Under the pieces are notes generated by a model. It was not told the origin of the DNA. It was given only the letters and a program-made list of their open reading frames with translations, and ran no database searches. The translations under genes were made by a program, and so were the position numbers. A stretch of 53,179 bases of DNA from Acidimicrobiia bacterium (GTDB lineage Bacteria > Actinomycetota > Acidimicrobiia > IMCC26256 > PALSA-555), in the NCBI GenBank assembly GCA_038904515.1, contig JBCKKA010000004.1:1-53179 (forward strand), in the 5' to 3' direction. This document shows positions 1-10,669 of the stretch, one piece after another (the first letter of the stretch is position 1; each line of letters opens with the position of its first letter).

Positions 1-259
1 AGCGTGGACCGATTTCAGAAAATAACTTGTGGGTCGCGCGCTTGTCGTGCAGAACCGAAATCACTCGTCGCCGGTCGTGGATAGAGCCGTGTTTAGCCTT
101 AGTAATCAAATGCTCGGCGTACGGACGCAACAGCTTCGCCTTAGCCACGGTCGTAACGATGTGCTCGGCTTCAAACAAACTCGCCGCCAAGTTGGCCAGC
201 ATGAGCCGTTGATGTGCGGGGTCTTTACCTAGGCGCGCGCCTTTACGAGGGGTAGGCAT
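1..259 (-). CDS. rplQ: 50S ribosomal protein L17 (3' end runs off window)
   Basis: Hand translation from ATG at 259: [56 protein letters not shown]; follows rpoA. Confidence 0.95.
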   Translation of the reverse strand, partial: MPTPRKGARLGKDPAHQRLMLANLAASLFEAEHIVTTVAKAKLLRPYAEHLITKAKHGSIHDRRRVISVLHDKRATHKLFSEIGPR

Positions 260-262
260 TGA

Positions 263-1198
263 TTAGCCCCTGACTCGCAACGACAAGCCCCGCTCGTCGA
301 GTTTTTCGTTGATCTCAACTAGCGATGTAGGACCAAAGTTGGTGATCGCCATAAGGTCGTCTTCGGTCTTCTCTAGCAACTGTCCAATGGTGTCGATTCG
401 AGCCCGCTTAAGACAGTTGTTCGGACGCTCAGTCAAGTTGAGGTCTTCGATCGGCAGATCAAGATCGGGCGATGAAGAAGAAATCGTAGAAACTTCTCCC
501 AGCCCTAATCCACGAGGATCGTCAGAAAGATCGGCGACCAAACTCACGAGATTACGCAAAGTGTCACCCGCGGACGAAAGTGCATCGCTCGGCGAAATCG
601 AACCGTCGGTCTCAACTTCAATCGTTAACTTGTCGTAGTTGGTGATCTGACCTACTCGGGTCGACTCAACTGAGAAAGTCACTCGCCGCACCGGTGAGAA
701 AATCGCGTCAACCGGAATTACGCCGATAGCAGATTCCCGCTTGTTCCGATCAACCGACAAGTAGCCGCGACCAGGTTCAACCGTGAGGTCGATGGCCAAG
801 ATTCCCTTGGCGTTGATGGTGGCAATATGCAACTCGGGATTTAAAATTACAACATCGGAAGTGGTAGCAATGTCGGCCGCAGTTACATCGCCCGGGCCTT
901 TCTTGTCCAGACGCAGAGCCACTGCTTCTTCGGTAGCGGTAGTGAGAACTAGGTTTTTGATGTTAAGGATGAGATCGGTGATGTCTTCTTTGACGCCAGG
1001 GATTATTCCGAACTCATGCAGCGCTTCATCAAAACGCACTTGGGTAACCGCAGCACCCGGAATCGACGACAGCAAAGTGCGGCGCAAGCTGTTGCCGAGG
1101 GTGTGACCGAAGCCTGGCTCTAACGGCGAAATAGTAAATGACTGAATATTTCCAGCCGGCTCACCAGACTCAACTTCAGGGCGTTGGATTATTAGCAT
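263..1198 (-). CDS. rpoA: RNA polymerase alpha subunit
   Basis: PLEPGFGHTLGNSLRRTLLSSIPG motif and alpha-CTD; start placed at the ATG of MLIIQRP. Confidence 0.97.
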   Translation of the reverse strand: MLIIQRPEVESGEPAGNIQSFTISPLEPGFGHTLGNSLRRTLLSSIPGAAVTQVRFDEALHEFGIIPGVKEDITDLILNIKNLVLTTATEEAVALRLDKKGPGDVTAADIATTSDVVILNPELHIATINAKGILAIDLTVEPGRGYLSVDRNKRESAIGVIPVDAIFSPVRRVTFSVESTRVGQITNYDKLTIEVETDGSISPSDALSSAGDTLRNLVSLVADLSDDPRGLGLGEVSTISSSSPDLDLPIEDLNLTERPNNCLKRARIDTIGQLLEKTEDDLMAITNFGPTSLVEINEKLDERGLSLRVRG

Positions 1199-1260
1199 TT
1201 TAATTTTCTTTCGGCTGAGGTGAAGGCTTAGAGCCACCACCAGGGATTAGGGACAGGCAG

Positions 1261-1884
1261 TTACTTGGAGTACAACTCAACAATCAATTGTTCGCGAACC
1301 GGTACATCGATCTGCTCGCGAATCGGCAATGCTCGAACCGTCGCTTGGAAATTAGCGGCCGAAACATCCATCCACGCCGGAATCGCACGATCGAGAGTGT
1401 CAAGATTATGGCGGATGACAATATTTTCCCTCGCTTTCTCGAGGATCCCCACCACATCGCCAGCTCGGCACTGATAGGAGGGAATGTCGAGCCGCTTGCC
1501 GTTGACCGAGATGTGGCCGTGACGAACAAACTGGCGAGCCTGACTACGGCTGGCGGCAAAGTTGGCCCGAAAAACCACATTGTCGAGCCGACATTCGAGC
1601 ATCTGGAGCAAGTTCTCGCCGGCAATACCTTGCTGACGGGAAGCCATGGCGTAGATGTTCCGAAATTGCTTCTCGAATACACCGTAAATACGACGGGCTT
1701 TCTGCTTTTCTCGCAACTGCAAAAGGTATTCGCTCTCACGAATACGACCCCGACCGTGTTCACCCGGCGGATAAGGCTTACGCTCAATCGCGCACTTCAT
1801 CGTCTCGCACTTAGCACCCTTGAGAAATAACTTCGTCCGTTCGCGGCGACAAAGCCGACACACTGGACCTACATAACGAGCCAT
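1261..1884 (-). CDS. rpsD: 30S ribosomal protein S4 (Cys-containing form)
   Basis: MARYVGPVCRLCRRE...LREKQKARRIYG...EQLIVELYSK. Confidence 0.97.
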   Translation of the reverse strand: MARYVGPVCRLCRRERTKLFLKGAKCETMKCAIERKPYPPGEHGRGRIRESEYLLQLREKQKARRIYGVFEKQFRNIYAMASRQQGIAGENLLQMLECRLDNVVFRANFAASRSQARQFVRHGHISVNGKRLDIPSYQCRAGDVVGILEKARENIVIRHNLDTLDRAIPAWMDVSAANFQATVRALPIREQIDVPVREQLIVELYSK

Positions 1885-1886
1885 GA

Positions 1887-2312
1887 TCAGGTTCTCCGGC
1901 GTTTCGATAGCCGGCACCCGTTGTGAGGAATCGGAGTCACGTCTTGAATGCCCACAACTTCGATACCAATATTCTGGATTGTCCGAATCGCGGTTTCGCG
2001 TCCCGAACCCGGACCCTTAACTAAAACATCGACCCGTCGGACACCGTGTTCCATGGCCCGACGACCTACGGTCTCCGCGGCAAGTTGCGCGGCAAAAGGA
2101 GTGCTCTTACGCGATCCCTTAAAGCCCACATTGCCCGATGACGCCCACGCCAGCGCATTGCCCTGCTGATCGGTCACCGTGATGATCGTGTTATTAAAAG
2201 AAGATTTGATGTGCACTACTCCGTAAGCAACATTTTTACGGACCCGACGTTTAGTCCGCCGCGGTCCCGATGCTGGCTTTGAGCCGGCGACCTTGCTAGA
2301 TGACTTTGCCAC
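1887..2312 (-). CDS. rpsK: 30S ribosomal protein S11
   Basis: [37 protein letters not shown]. Confidence 0.97.
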   Translation of the reverse strand: MAKSSSKVAGSKPASGPRRTKRRVRKNVAYGVVHIKSSFNNTIITVTDQQGNALAWASSGNVGFKGSRKSTPFAAQLAAETVGRRAMEHGVRRVDVLVKGPGSGRETAIRTIQNIGIEVVGIQDVTPIPHNGCRLSKRRRT

Positions 2313-2332
2313 TACTTAATCCTTCTCCTCTA

Positions 2333-2710
2333 CTACTTAGCTACGCTCTTCTTGCCCGCAACGGTCTTTTTAGGTCCCTTGCGGGTTCGCGCGTTGGTGC
2401 GAGTGCGTTGACCGTGAACGGGGAGGCCGCGGCGGTGACGAATACCGGCGTAACTGCCAATCTCGACTTTACGTTTGATATTGGCCGACACATCACGCCG
2501 AAGATCACCTTCAACTTTAAGATTGGTATCGATCCAAGAACGGATCTTTGTTACCTCGGTATCGGTAAGGTCGCGCACCGGAGTATCGGGAGATAAGTCG
2601 GTTTCGCGACAAATTGTCGCCGCGGTGGTCCGACCAACGCCAAAAATATAAGTCAACGAGATCATCAACCGCTTCTCACGCGGAATGTCGACTCCAGCGA
2701 TTCTTGCCAT
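2333..2710 (-). CDS. rpsM: 30S ribosomal protein S13
   Basis: [10 protein letters not shown]...[22 protein letters not shown]. Confidence 0.97.
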   Translation of the reverse strand: MARIAGVDIPREKRLMISLTYIFGVGRTTAATICRETDLSPDTPVRDLTDTEVTKIRSWIDTNLKVEGDLRRDVSANIKRKVEIGSYAGIRHRRGLPVHGQRTRTNARTRKGPKKTVAGKKSVAK

Positions 2711-2727
2711 ATGTCTCTATTGCTCCC

Positions 2728-2779
2728 GGATTTTTAGTTTCATAGGATTTTTAGTTTCATAGGATTTTTAGTTTCTTAG
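2728..2779. repeat. 17-bp tandem repeat (GGATTTTTAGTTTCATA x~3) overlapping the rpmJ stop codon
   Basis: Units at 2728-2744, 2745-2761 and 2762-2778; the last unit ends in TTA, which is the rpmJ stop. Confidence 0.9.
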
Positions 2780-2889
2780 CCTTGGCGCTGTTTATGGCGC
2801 GGATTCTGACAGATAACCCGCACCGCGCCGTGGCGACGAATGACTTTGCACTTCTCACACATTTTTTTAACTGATGGTCGAACTTTCAC
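2776..2889 (-). CDS. rpmJ: 50S ribosomal protein L36 (Zn-ribbon form)
   Basis: Below the ORF-track cutoff; hand translation from GTG: [37 protein letters not shown]. Confidence 0.96.
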   Translation of the reverse strand: MKVRPSVKKMCEKCKVIRRHGAVRVICQNPRHKQRQG

Positions 2890-2905
2890 AGTTACCTTTC
2901 AGAAA

Positions 2906-3130
2906 TTATTTATAGCGATAGGTGATGCGGCCCCGACTTAAGTCGTAGGGGGTCAGTTCAACTTGAACTCGATCACCAGGTAAAATACGGATGTAGTGCA
3001 TCCGCATCTTTCCGGAGATATGAGCGAGCACTTTGTGCCCGTTCTCAAGTTCAACTCGGAACATCGCGTTCGGTAGTGGTTCGACTACCGTTCCCTCGAC
3101 CAGGATCGTGTCGTCTTTGGGTTTGGTCAG
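2906..3130 (-). CDS. infA: Translation initiation factor IF-1 (CTG start)
   Basis: Hand translation: (M)[73 protein letters not shown]; GAGG SD 6 nt before CTG. Confidence 0.95.
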   Translation of the reverse strand: MTKPKDDTILVEGTVVEPLPNAMFRVELENGHKVLAHISGKMRMHYIRILPGDRVQVELTPYDLSRGRITYRYK

Positions 3131-3275
3131 AGCTTTCCTCGCCTATGGGGGTTCGCCAGAGCGAACCGTACTGAGCCTCAAACCTTACTAGGAAAGCCCT
3201 CGGCTGCCCAAGTCGCGGTTCTCCTCTCCCACCGGCACTAGATATGCGCCCCGGTTCGCGGGTCTACCGTAAGCG

Positions 3276-3324
3276 CCGGATTAACCGATCCCGGATTAAC
3301 CGAGCCGGGCCTAACCGAGCCGGG
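3276..3324. repeat. Degenerate 15-bp x3 repeat spanning the map stop codon
   Basis: ccggattaaccgatc / ccggattaaccgagc / cgggcctaaccgagc; map stop at 3311-3313. Confidence 0.8.
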
Positions 3325-4063
3325 TCAGGACTTCGGGACCGTTTTCGGTGCAGGCAATGGAGTGTTCAAAATGAGCCGACCGCTGACCGTCACGAGTGAC
3401 CACCGTCCAGCCGTCGCTAAGCACTTGGGTCTCTTGAGTTCCGATGTTAATCATGGGTTCTATCGCTAAAACGTGCCCCGACTTAAGTCGCATCCCCTTG
3501 CCCGGCACTCCGTAATTAGGAACTTGAGGTTCCTCGTGCATAGCGGTTCCGATGCCGTGGCCAACATATTCGCGAACAACGGAGAAATCTGCCGCTAAAG
3601 CTCGGCTTTCGACCGCGTGACCGATATCGCCCAGAGTATTTCCGGTCACGATTGCGGCAATAGCATCGTCAAGGCAAGCTTTCGTTACCGTCAACAGCCG
3701 CTGTGAGTCTTCATCAATTTCACCGATTGGCACCGTTATGGCCGCGTCGCCATGCCAACCCTCAATAATGGCGCCACAATCGATCGACAATATATCGCCT
3801 TCTTCGAGGACCACCGTTTTACTGGGAATTCCGTGCACGATTACATCGTTAGGCGAAGTGCAGATCACCGCGGGGAAACCGTGGTAATCCAAAAAATTAG
3901 AAGTGGCGTTGCGGCGTTCCAGCACCTCACGCGCAACTAGATCGACATCGAAAGTTGTCGCGCCCGGTTTGGCCGCGGCAATACAACTCTCGTGCATTTC
4001 TGCCACTACTCGTCCCGCGCGCCGCATCAGCGCAATCTGTTCGGCTGTTTTTACTGTGACCAT
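3311..4063 (-). CDS. map: Methionine aminopeptidase type I
   Basis: CTSPNDVIVHGIP, GHGIG, HEEP, AIEPM, SAHFEHS; position after adk. Confidence 0.96.
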   Translation of the reverse strand: MVTVKTAEQIALMRRAGRVVAEMHESCIAAAKPGATTFDVDLVAREVLERRNATSNFLDYHGFPAVICTSPNDVIVHGIPSKTVVLEEGDILSIDCGAIIEGWHGDAAITVPIGEIDEDSQRLLTVTKACLDDAIAAIVTGNTLGDIGHAVESRALAADFSVVREYVGHGIGTAMHEEPQVPNYGVPGKGMRLKSGHVLAIEPMINIGTQETQVLSDGWTVVTRDGQRSAHFEHSIACTENGPEVLTRLG

Positions 4064-4074
4064 AAAGAATTACG

Positions 4075-4749
4075 CTAGCAATCCTCAGGGTTGAAACGAG
4101 ACTTGGCTAACGCCAGCAGATCAGAAAACACCTCATCAGTTTCTTGGCTGCCATCGACTCGCGCTAGCACCCCCGATCGGCGATAATGCTGAATAACGGG
4201 CAGGGTTTCAATTTCGTACAACTCAAGCCGGCGCATTACCGAATCTTCAGTATCATCGGCCCGCTGGATCACTTCACCCCCACATAAGTCACAGTACGAA
4301 TTATTTTTGGGTGGGTTATCAACGTGAAAATTCGCGCCACAATCCTGACAAACCCGGCGGCCAGCAATGCGATGCAGCACTATCTCCGTGGGAACGTCGA
4401 GGTCGACTACCAGATCTAAGGCAAAATCGCCCAAAAACTTATCGAGGGCTTCGGCTTGAGTCTGAGTACGCGGAAAGCCGTCCAGCACGAAACCCTTTTC
4501 TTTCCGATTTTCTAAACCAATATGGCTCTCTACTAAGTCGATGACCGACTCATCGGGCACCAACTCGCCCTCATTTATATAGGAGTCCGCCTCGATTCCG
4601 ATCGGCGTCTGGGCGGCGATCTCCTCTCGAAAAAGATCGCCAGTACCTAATCGCATGACGCCAAAACTCTCAGCGATGCGCACTGCTTGGGTTCCCTTGC
4701 CCGCGCCCTGCTTACCGAGCAAGACCATCCGTGGTCCGCGCTCACCCAC
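4075..4749 (-). CDS. adk: Adenylate kinase (Zn-binding LID)
   Basis: GKQGAGKGTQA P-loop, LDGFPRT, CQDC...CDLC. Confidence 0.96.
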   Translation of the reverse strand: MGERGPRMVLLGKQGAGKGTQAVRIAESFGVMRLGTGDLFREEIAAQTPIGIEADSYINEGELVPDESVIDLVESHIGLENRKEKGFVLDGFPRTQTQAEALDKFLGDFALDLVVDLDVPTEIVLHRIAGRRVCQDCGANFHVDNPPKNNSYCDLCGGEVIQRADDTEDSVMRRLELYEIETLPVIQHYRRSGVLARVDGSQETDEVFSDLLALAKSRFNPEDC

Positions 4750-4796
4750 GCTTGACTCCTCGTATCACACGCCGTGCTTTTCCCATTCGGGGCACC

Positions 4797-6110
4797 TCAG
4801 GCCAAGAAACCTTCGTAGTTACGCATTAGCAATTGACTGTCTATCTGCTTCATGGTCTCTAGAGCAACCCCTACCGTGATCAAAAGCGCGGTGCCGCCAA
4901 AGGGGAATTGAGTTATATCCCATAAGGCAAATACCAGTAACGGAGTAAGCGCGATGATCGCCAAAAACAGCGCACCGGGCAAGGTGATTCGGTTAAGCAC
5001 TTTGGCTAAATACTTTTCGGTCGGCGGACCCGGTCGAATCCCCGGAATAAAACCGCCCTGCTTGCGAATGATGTCGGCTTGCTGCTGAGGATTAAAAGCA
5101 ATAGCGGTGTAAAAGTAAGCAAAGAAAACAATCAGCAGGGTATAAAAGCCCATATAAAACCAGCCTTGGTTGTTGACCAAGTTGCTGTTGATCCACTTCT
5201 GCACTCCGGTGAGGTTGCTGCCTAAAGCCGACGCGAGCAAAGCTGGAAAAGACAAAATTGAACTGGCAAAAATTACTGGAATTACTCCCGACTGGTTGAC
5301 TTTAAGTGGAATATAGGTGCTCTGGCCGCCGTACATTCTCCGGCCGACTACCCGTTTAGCAAACTGAACTGGTATTCGGCGTTGGCCTGATTCAACAAAT
5401 ACGATGCCGACAATCATGGCGATACCGATTCCAATAATTACAAAGAACTGAAACTTGCTTCCCTGACTCCAAATAGACGACCCGTCGGCCGGAAGCACAG
5501 ACACTACTGAAGCAAAAATAAGTATTGACATTCCGTTCCCGATGCCGCGCTGAGTTATCAATTCGGCCAACCACATGACTAATGCGGTTCCCGCGGTCCA
5601 GACCAATACGATCAACGAGGCCCGCCAGAAGTTGAAACCGGGAATGAAATCGATCCCTTGAGGTAATGTCGACCCCAAACCAATGAGGCCACCCTGACCT
5701 TGATGCAGGGCAAAGACGAACCCCGTCGACTGAACAATAGCTAACGCCACCGTTAGATAACGCGTCCACTGGGTAATTTTCTTCTGCCCCGACTGCCCTT
5801 CTTGCCGCCACTGCTCGAGTTTCGGAATTACTACACCAAGAAGTTGCATGATGATTGACGCGGTGATGTAGGGCATGATGCCCAAGAAGAAAATTGCGAC
5901 ATTGGTAATAGCTCCACCCGAGAAAAGATCGAGAAACCCAACCACGCCACTGTTGCTAGACGCGTTCTGGAGATCGGTAATGGCGGCAAAGTCGACGTAA
6001 GGAACCGGAAGGTGAGCACCTAGTCGATACACCGCGATTACCGCGAGGGTGAAAAAAATCTTGTTGCGCAGATCCGCTACTCGAAAGATATTTTTCAGTC
6101 GGGTCAGCAT
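4797..6110 (-). CDS. secY: Preprotein translocase SecY
   Basis: LGIMPYITASII, GIGNGMS, FIPGIRPG, FGGTALLITVGV. Confidence 0.97.
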   Translation of the reverse strand: MLTRLKNIFRVADLRNKIFFTLAVIAVYRLGAHLPVPYVDFAAITDLQNASSNSGVVGFLDLFSGGAITNVAIFFLGIMPYITASIIMQLLGVVIPKLEQWRQEGQSGQKKITQWTRYLTVALAIVQSTGFVFALHQGQGGLIGLGSTLPQGIDFIPGFNFWRASLIVLVWTAGTALVMWLAELITQRGIGNGMSILIFASVVSVLPADGSSIWSQGSKFQFFVIIGIGIAMIVGIVFVESGQRRIPVQFAKRVVGRRMYGGQSTYIPLKVNQSGVIPVIFASSILSFPALLASALGSNLTGVQKWINSNLVNNQGWFYMGFYTLLIVFFAYFYTAIAFNPQQQADIIRKQGGFIPGIRPGPPTEKYLAKVLNRITLPGALFLAIIALTPLLVFALWDITQFPFGGTALLITVGVALETMKQIDSQLLMRNYEGFLA

Positions 6111-6147
6111 GATCAGTGTCTACTCTCGCCAGTCAACAATTCTGTCG

Positions 6148-6648
6148 TTATCGGTTAGTAAGAGCATTGTTACTTCCGGCCGGCGGTCGGCGCGAACCCC
6201 AAGGCAGCGGGATAATCTCAGTACTTCCTCCGGCTGCTTCGATTGCTTGTTGAGCTGTTTTGGAAAAACTGTGGGCTTTCACGGTGAGATTTTTAGTGAG
6301 TTCGCCGCGTCCCAACACCTTGACCAAACCTCGCTTGGCGACCAATCCCTTACCTCGAAGCGCTTCGGGGTCAACCGTAGTGCTGGCATCAAACGCGTCG
6401 AGAGTATCGAGATTAATGACCGCGTATTCGACTCGGAACGGGTTACGGAAACCTTTGGCCTTAGGAGTGCGCCGGGCAATAGGAGTCTGACCACCTTCGA
6501 AGCGCGTCGGAACCGAACCGCGCGCCCGTCGACCTTTAGATCCTCGGCCCGCAGTCTTTCCGCCCTTGCCACCGATACCGCGTCCGACGCGTCGACGCGC
6601 CTTGTGCGAACCCGCGTTGGGCTTCAGATCGTGAATTTTTAATCCCAT
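6148..6648 (-). CDS. rplO: 50S ribosomal protein L15
   Basis: RVGRGIGGKGGKTAGRG, FEGGQTP. Confidence 0.96.
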   Translation of the reverse strand: MGLKIHDLKPNAGSHKARRRVGRGIGGKGGKTAGRGSKGRRARGSVPTRFEGGQTPIARRTPKAKGFRNPFRVEYAVINLDTLDAFDASTTVDPEALRGKGLVAKRGLVKVLGRGELTKNLTVKAHSFSKTAQQAIEAAGGSTEIIPLPWGSRRPPAGSNNALTNR

Positions 6649-6651
6649 GGC

Positions 6652-6834
6652 CTAAACCTCTTCCACCGTAACGAGATGAGTCACACGAGTGATCATGCCT
6701 CGGATTTCGGGACGGTCAGGGTGTTCAACCGTCTGATTGATTTTGCGTAGACCCAGCGCGCGTAAAGTTCCGCGCTGCTTAGGCTTAGCCCCAATTGCCG
6801 ATCGACGCATAGTGATCTTGAGTGTGGTGGCCAT
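6652..6834 (-). CDS. rpmD: 50S ribosomal protein L30
   Basis: RSAIG...[14 protein letters not shown]; spc operon position. Confidence 0.95.
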   Translation of the reverse strand: MATTLKITMRRSAIGAKPKQRGTLRALGLRKINQTVEHPDRPEIRGMITRVTHLVTVEEV

Positions 6835-6836
6835 GA

Positions 6837-7385
6837 CTACTTGACCTCAGCAATCACTGGCTTAGGCGTGTTGCGCTCTTTGTAGGCCCGCAACATTCCT
6901 CCGGTCGCGATTTCGTCAACCGACTTACCCCGCAAACGAGCTACGTCTTCTGGTCGACGTAATCCCTGCAATCCCGCGATAGTGGCGCGTGACACATTGA
7001 TTGCGTTAGACGATCCCAACGATTTAGCCAAGACATCGTGAATACCGGCAGCTTCCAGAATTGCCCGCGCCGCGCCGCCCGCAATGACCCCAGTTCCGGG
7101 TGCCGCGGGCTTAAGCAAAACTCGAGCGGCGTCATGCTTGCCCAAAATTTTATGAGTGATAGTGGAACCAGCGAGCGGAACCGAGAAGAAATTTTTGCGC
7201 GCTTCTTCCATGCCTTTTTGAATCGCGGCGGGCACTTCCTTGGCTTTTCCGTAACCAAGACCAACATTGCCGTTGCCGTCACCCACTACCACCAAAGCGG
7301 TAAACGAGAACCGACGACCGCCCTTAACCACTTTGGCTACTCGGTTGATCGTTATTACTCGCTCTTCGAATTGACTATCCGCCAT
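6837..7385 (-). CDS. rpsE: 30S ribosomal protein S5
   Basis: [24 protein letters not shown]. Confidence 0.97.
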   Translation of the reverse strand: MADSQFEERVITINRVAKVVKGGRRFSFTALVVVGDGNGNVGLGYGKAKEVPAAIQKGMEEARKNFFSVPLAGSTITHKILGKHDAARVLLKPAAPGTGVIAGGAARAILEAAGIHDVLAKSLGSSNAINVSRATIAGLQGLRRPEDVARLRGKSVDEIATGGMLRAYKERNTPKPVIAEVK

Positions 7386-7398
7386 CAGAAACGCCCTC

Positions 7399-7758
7399 TC
7401 AGAACTTCAGACCCGCAGTGCGAGCCCCGTCGGCAACACTTGCTACTCGGCCGTGATAACGAAAACCGGCCCGATCGAATACCACGGTATCTATTCCGGT
7501 GGCTTTGGCCCGCTCGGCCACCCGCCGCCCTACATCGGCAGCAACTTCTACCGTCGCGGCTTTGTCGGAACGAAACTCGGATTCCATAGTTGATGCTGAA
7601 GCCAATGTGCGTCCGGAGACATCGTCGATTACTTGCGCGTAAATGTGTTTGGCCGAACGGAAAACCGCCAAACGCGGTCGCGCCGCGGTGCCGTGAATTT
7701 TTTTGCGCACGCGATTGTGCCTGCGTTTGCGCCCCGAAACTCGCTTTATCATTGCCAT
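7399..7758 (-). CDS. rplR: 50S ribosomal protein L18
   Basis: [23 protein letters not shown]. Confidence 0.97.
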   Translation of the reverse strand: MAMIKRVSGRKRRHNRVRKKIHGTAARPRLAVFRSAKHIYAQVIDDVSGRTLASASTMESEFRSDKAATVEVAADVGRRVAERAKATGIDTVVFDRAGFRYHGRVASVADGARTAGLKF

Positions 7759-7761
7759 CTC

Positions 7762-8298
7762 CTACTTGGCCGACTTTCCGGATTTACGCAAGACCCGCTC
7801 GCCGACATAGCGGATTCCCTTACCTTTGTAGGGCTCAGGCTTGCGTAATTTGCGAATGTCGGCGGCCACTTGCCCTACTAGTTGCTTGTCGAAGCCGCTT
7901 ATGGTTATACGAGTTGGCGCCGGTGTCGCAAAAGTAATTCCTTCAGGGGCATCAAAAACAATGGAGTGAGAAAATCCCAATTGAAGTTCAAGCCCCGAAC
8001 CCTTAAGTGCGGCTCGGTAACCCACGCCGATGATCTCCAATTCCTTGGTATAGCCCTCAGTAACTCCTTGCACCATGTTGGCTACTAGGGAGCGCACTAA
8101 GCCGTGCAGCGAACGACTATCTCGCTCGTCGTCTTGGCGCGCCACCACTACCGTGTCGCCTTCTTGAGTAATTGTGATGGCTTCAGGAATCGATTGTTCG
8201 AGCGAACCTTTAGATCCCTTAACTACCACCCGATCGCCAGTCAAAGTGATCTCCACTCCCGACGGAACGGTGATGGGTGATTGTCCAATGCGCGACAT
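7762..8298 (-). CDS. rplF: 50S ribosomal protein L6
   Basis: MSRIG...[13 protein letters not shown]. Confidence 0.97.
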   Translation of the reverse strand: MSRIGQSPITVPSGVEITLTGDRVVVKGSKGSLEQSIPEAITITQEGDTVVVARQDDERDSRSLHGLVRSLVANMVQGVTEGYTKELEIIGVGYRAALKGSGLELQLGFSHSIVFDAPEGITFATPAPTRITISGFDKQLVGQVAADIRKLRKPEPYKGKGIRYVGERVLRKSGKSAK

Positions 8299-8310
8299 GA
8301 GAGCCTTCTC

Positions 8311-8715
8311 CTACCAGACGTTGCAGAGAATCTCGCCACCGACCCGACGCTGGCGCGCCTCACGGTCGGTCATGAGTCCCTGATTAGTTGAAATAATGAC
8401 AATCCCCATTCCGCCAAGCACCCGAGGCACTTCGCGCGAGCTGGTGTAAACCCGAAGCCCCGGCTTAGATACCCGTTGTAATCCCGAAATAGTGCGTTGA
8501 CGGTCCACGGTGTACTTCATGAGAATCTTGAGTCGTTTGCCGGGTCGGTCGGGCTGATCATCAACCGAAAAACCCTCTATATAACCCTCTTGCTTCAAGA
8601 TTTGCGCCAACGCTTCTTTCAATTTCGACGACGGCATAGCGATTTCGTCGTGAAACGCGACATTGCCGTTGCGAATACGCGTCAGCATGTCGGCGATGGG
8701 GTCAGTCATTGACAT
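8311..8715 (-). CDS. rpsH: 30S ribosomal protein S8
   Basis: MTDPIADMLTRIRN, SKPGLRVY, VGGEIL. Confidence 0.97.
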   Translation of the reverse strand: MSMTDPIADMLTRIRNGNVAFHDEIAMPSSKLKEALAQILKQEGYIEGFSVDDQPDRPGKRLKILMKYTVDRQRTISGLQRVSKPGLRVYTSSREVPRVLGGMGIVIISTNQGLMTDREARQRRVGGEILCNVW

Positions 8716-8727
8716 TTGCTATACCCC

Positions 8728-8913
8728 CTACCACGAAGCCTTGGTGATGCCGGGAATTTCCCCTGAATGCGCCATCTCGCGGAAGCAAATACGACACAGC
8801 CCAAATTTCTTGTACACCGAACGCGCTCGTCCACACCGGTTACACCGGGTATACGCCCGCACTTGAAATTTAGGTGTGCGCTTTTGCTTGTTAACTAAGG
8901 CTTTCTTGGCCAC
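8728..8913 (-). CDS. rpsN: 30S ribosomal protein S14 type Z
   Basis: 61 aa, RCNRCGR...LCRICFR. Confidence 0.97.
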   Translation of the reverse strand: MAKKALVNKQKRTPKFQVRAYTRCNRCGRARSVYKKFGLCRICFREMAHSGEIPGITKASW

Positions 8914-8918
8914 GTTCG

Positions 8919-9494
8919 CTACCTGCTTTCCTGATCCCGAGTGAACGGGAATCCGAGAGTGCCGAGCAGCGCTCGGCCGTGTTCGTCATTTTTTGCCGAA
9001 GTGACAATAGTGATGTCCATGCCGCGTGTCGTGTCGATCTTGTCGTAATCAATTTCAGGAAAAATGAGCTGCTCGGTCACGCCGATGGTGTAGTTACCGT
9101 GGCCATCGAATGCCTTAGGGCTCAAACCTCGAAAGTCGCGAATACGAGGAATGGCCAAAGTCACTAATCGGTCGTAGAACTCCCACATCCGGTCACCCCG
9201 AAGAGTGACTTTTACGCCAATGGCGTTTCCCTCACGGAGTTGGAAACTAGCAATCGACTTCTTGGCTTTAGTAATAAGCGGTTTCTGGCCGGTAATCAAA
9301 GTGAGGTCGGCGACGGCGCCGTCGATTAGCGAGGCCTGCTTAATCGCCCCACCGACTCCGCAGTTAACCACTATTTTTTCGAGAGTCGGAACCTGCATAA
9401 TATTGCTTAGACCAAGTTCATCTTTCAGAGTGGCGCGGAATTGATCGTCATAAGCTGCTTTCAGACGCGGCTTAATACGAACATTGGCACTCAT
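8919..9494 (-). CDS. rplE: 50S ribosomal protein L5
   Basis: [23 protein letters not shown]. Confidence 0.97.
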   Translation of the reverse strand: MSANVRIKPRLKAAYDDQFRATLKDELGLSNIMQVPTLEKIVVNCGVGGAIKQASLIDGAVADLTLITGQKPLITKAKKSIASFQLREGNAIGVKVTLRGDRMWEFYDRLVTLAIPRIRDFRGLSPKAFDGHGNYTIGVTEQLIFPEIDYDKIDTTRGMDITIVTSAKNDEHGRALLGTLGFPFTRDQESR

Positions 9495-9814
9495 GAGAGA
9501 TCCTTTTCACATTTCTTACAAACACGCGTCTTGCTGCCATCGGGCTTGACCAAATAGCCGACCCGAGTTTTACCGCAACTTGGGCAAAGTATCGCCAAGT
9601 TAGAAAGGTGAATAGGCATGTCCTTATCAATAATTCCGCCCTGACTGGTTGCCTTAGTTGCACGCTGGTGTTTCTTGGCGATATTGATCCCGTCGACAAT
9701 TGCCATGTTGCGCTCAGGAATAATGCGAGAAATCGAACCTTCTTTACCAATGTCTTTTCCTGACAACACGATGACTCGGTCGCCCTTTTTTAGTTTTAAC
9801 TTAATGTCGGTCAT
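9491..9814 (-). CDS. rplX: 50S ribosomal protein L24
   Basis: [21 protein letters not shown] motif. Confidence 0.96.
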   Translation of the reverse strand: MTDIKLKLKKGDRVIVLSGKDIGKEGSISRIIPERNMAIVDGINIAKKHQRATKATSQGGIIDKDMPIHLSNLAILCPSCGKTRVGYLVKPDGSKTRVCKKCEKDLS

Positions 9815-10182
9815 TAGAGCACCTCGGGGGCAAGGGAAACGATGCGCATGAATTTACGATCGCGAAGCTCGCGGCCTACGGGCCCGAAGATTCGGGTTCC
9901 GCGTGGCTGCATCTGATCATTGACAAGCACGGCAGCATTTTCATCAAAACGGATGTAGCTACCATCGGGTCGACGCCGTTCTTTCTTAGTCCGTACAACG
10001 ACGCACTTAACGATCTCACCCTTTTTAACTGCCGCGCCAGGATTGGCGTCTTTCACTGTGGCCACGAAAACATCGCCAATGCCGGCATAACGACGGCGCG
10101 TGCCACCGAGCACCTTGATGCACAGGACTTCGCGGGCACCGGAGTTGTCAGCCACTTTTAGTCGACTCTCTTGCTGAATCAT
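9814..10182 (-). CDS. rplN: 50S ribosomal protein L14
   Basis: [16 protein letters not shown]...SLAPEVL; start moved to the internal ATG. Confidence 0.97.
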   Translation of the reverse strand: MIQQESRLKVADNSGAREVLCIKVLGGTRRRYAGIGDVFVATVKDANPGAAVKKGEIVKCVVVRTKKERRRPDGSYIRFDENAAVLVNDQMQPRGTRIFGPVGRELRDRKFMRIVSLAPEVL

Positions 10183-10184
10183 GG

Positions 10185-10460
10185 CTAGCGTGCCCTCTCG
10201 ATCACTTCGATTAAACGCCATCGTTTGAGTCGCGACAACGGACGCGTCTCGGCGATACGAACTCGGTCGCCCTCGCGCGCGTCATTCGCCTCATCGTGGG
10301 CGTAAAATTTACGGGTTCGCTGCATCGTCTTGCCGTAACGGCGGTGGCGGACGCGAGTGACTACCGAGACCACCACGGTCTTATCCATGCTGGCCGACAC
10401 GACTAGTCCCTCTCGCACCTTGCGGGCATTAGGCCGAGCTGTCGGGGCAATTTCAGTCAT
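10185..10460 (-). CDS. rpsQ: 30S ribosomal protein S17
   Basis: [27 protein letters not shown]; start at the ATG of MTEIAP. Confidence 0.95.
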   Translation of the reverse strand: MTEIAPTARPNARKVREGLVVSASMDKTVVVSVVTRVRHRRYGKTMQRTRKFYAHDEANDAREGDRVRIAETRPLSRLKRWRLIEVIERAR

Positions 10461-10669
10461 TACTGGCTCTCCTCGGCAAGGGCAATCTCGCGTTCGCGCA
10501 ACAGCGTGTGGCATCGGGCCACATCACGGCGAAGATCGGTGATTCGATTAAAACTCTCCAACTGACCGGTAGCCAACTGGATGCGCAAATTAAACAATTC
10601 TTCCTTTGATCCACTCAACTTATTAATCAGTTCGATGTCGCTTAGTTCGCGAAACTCACTCGACTTCAT
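10460..10669 (-). CDS. rpmC: 50S ribosomal protein L29
   Basis: [14 protein letters not shown]; operon position. Confidence 0.95.
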   Translation of the reverse strand: MKSSEFRELSDIELINKLSGSKEELFNLRIQLATGQLESFNRITDLRRDVARCHTLLREREIALAEESQ

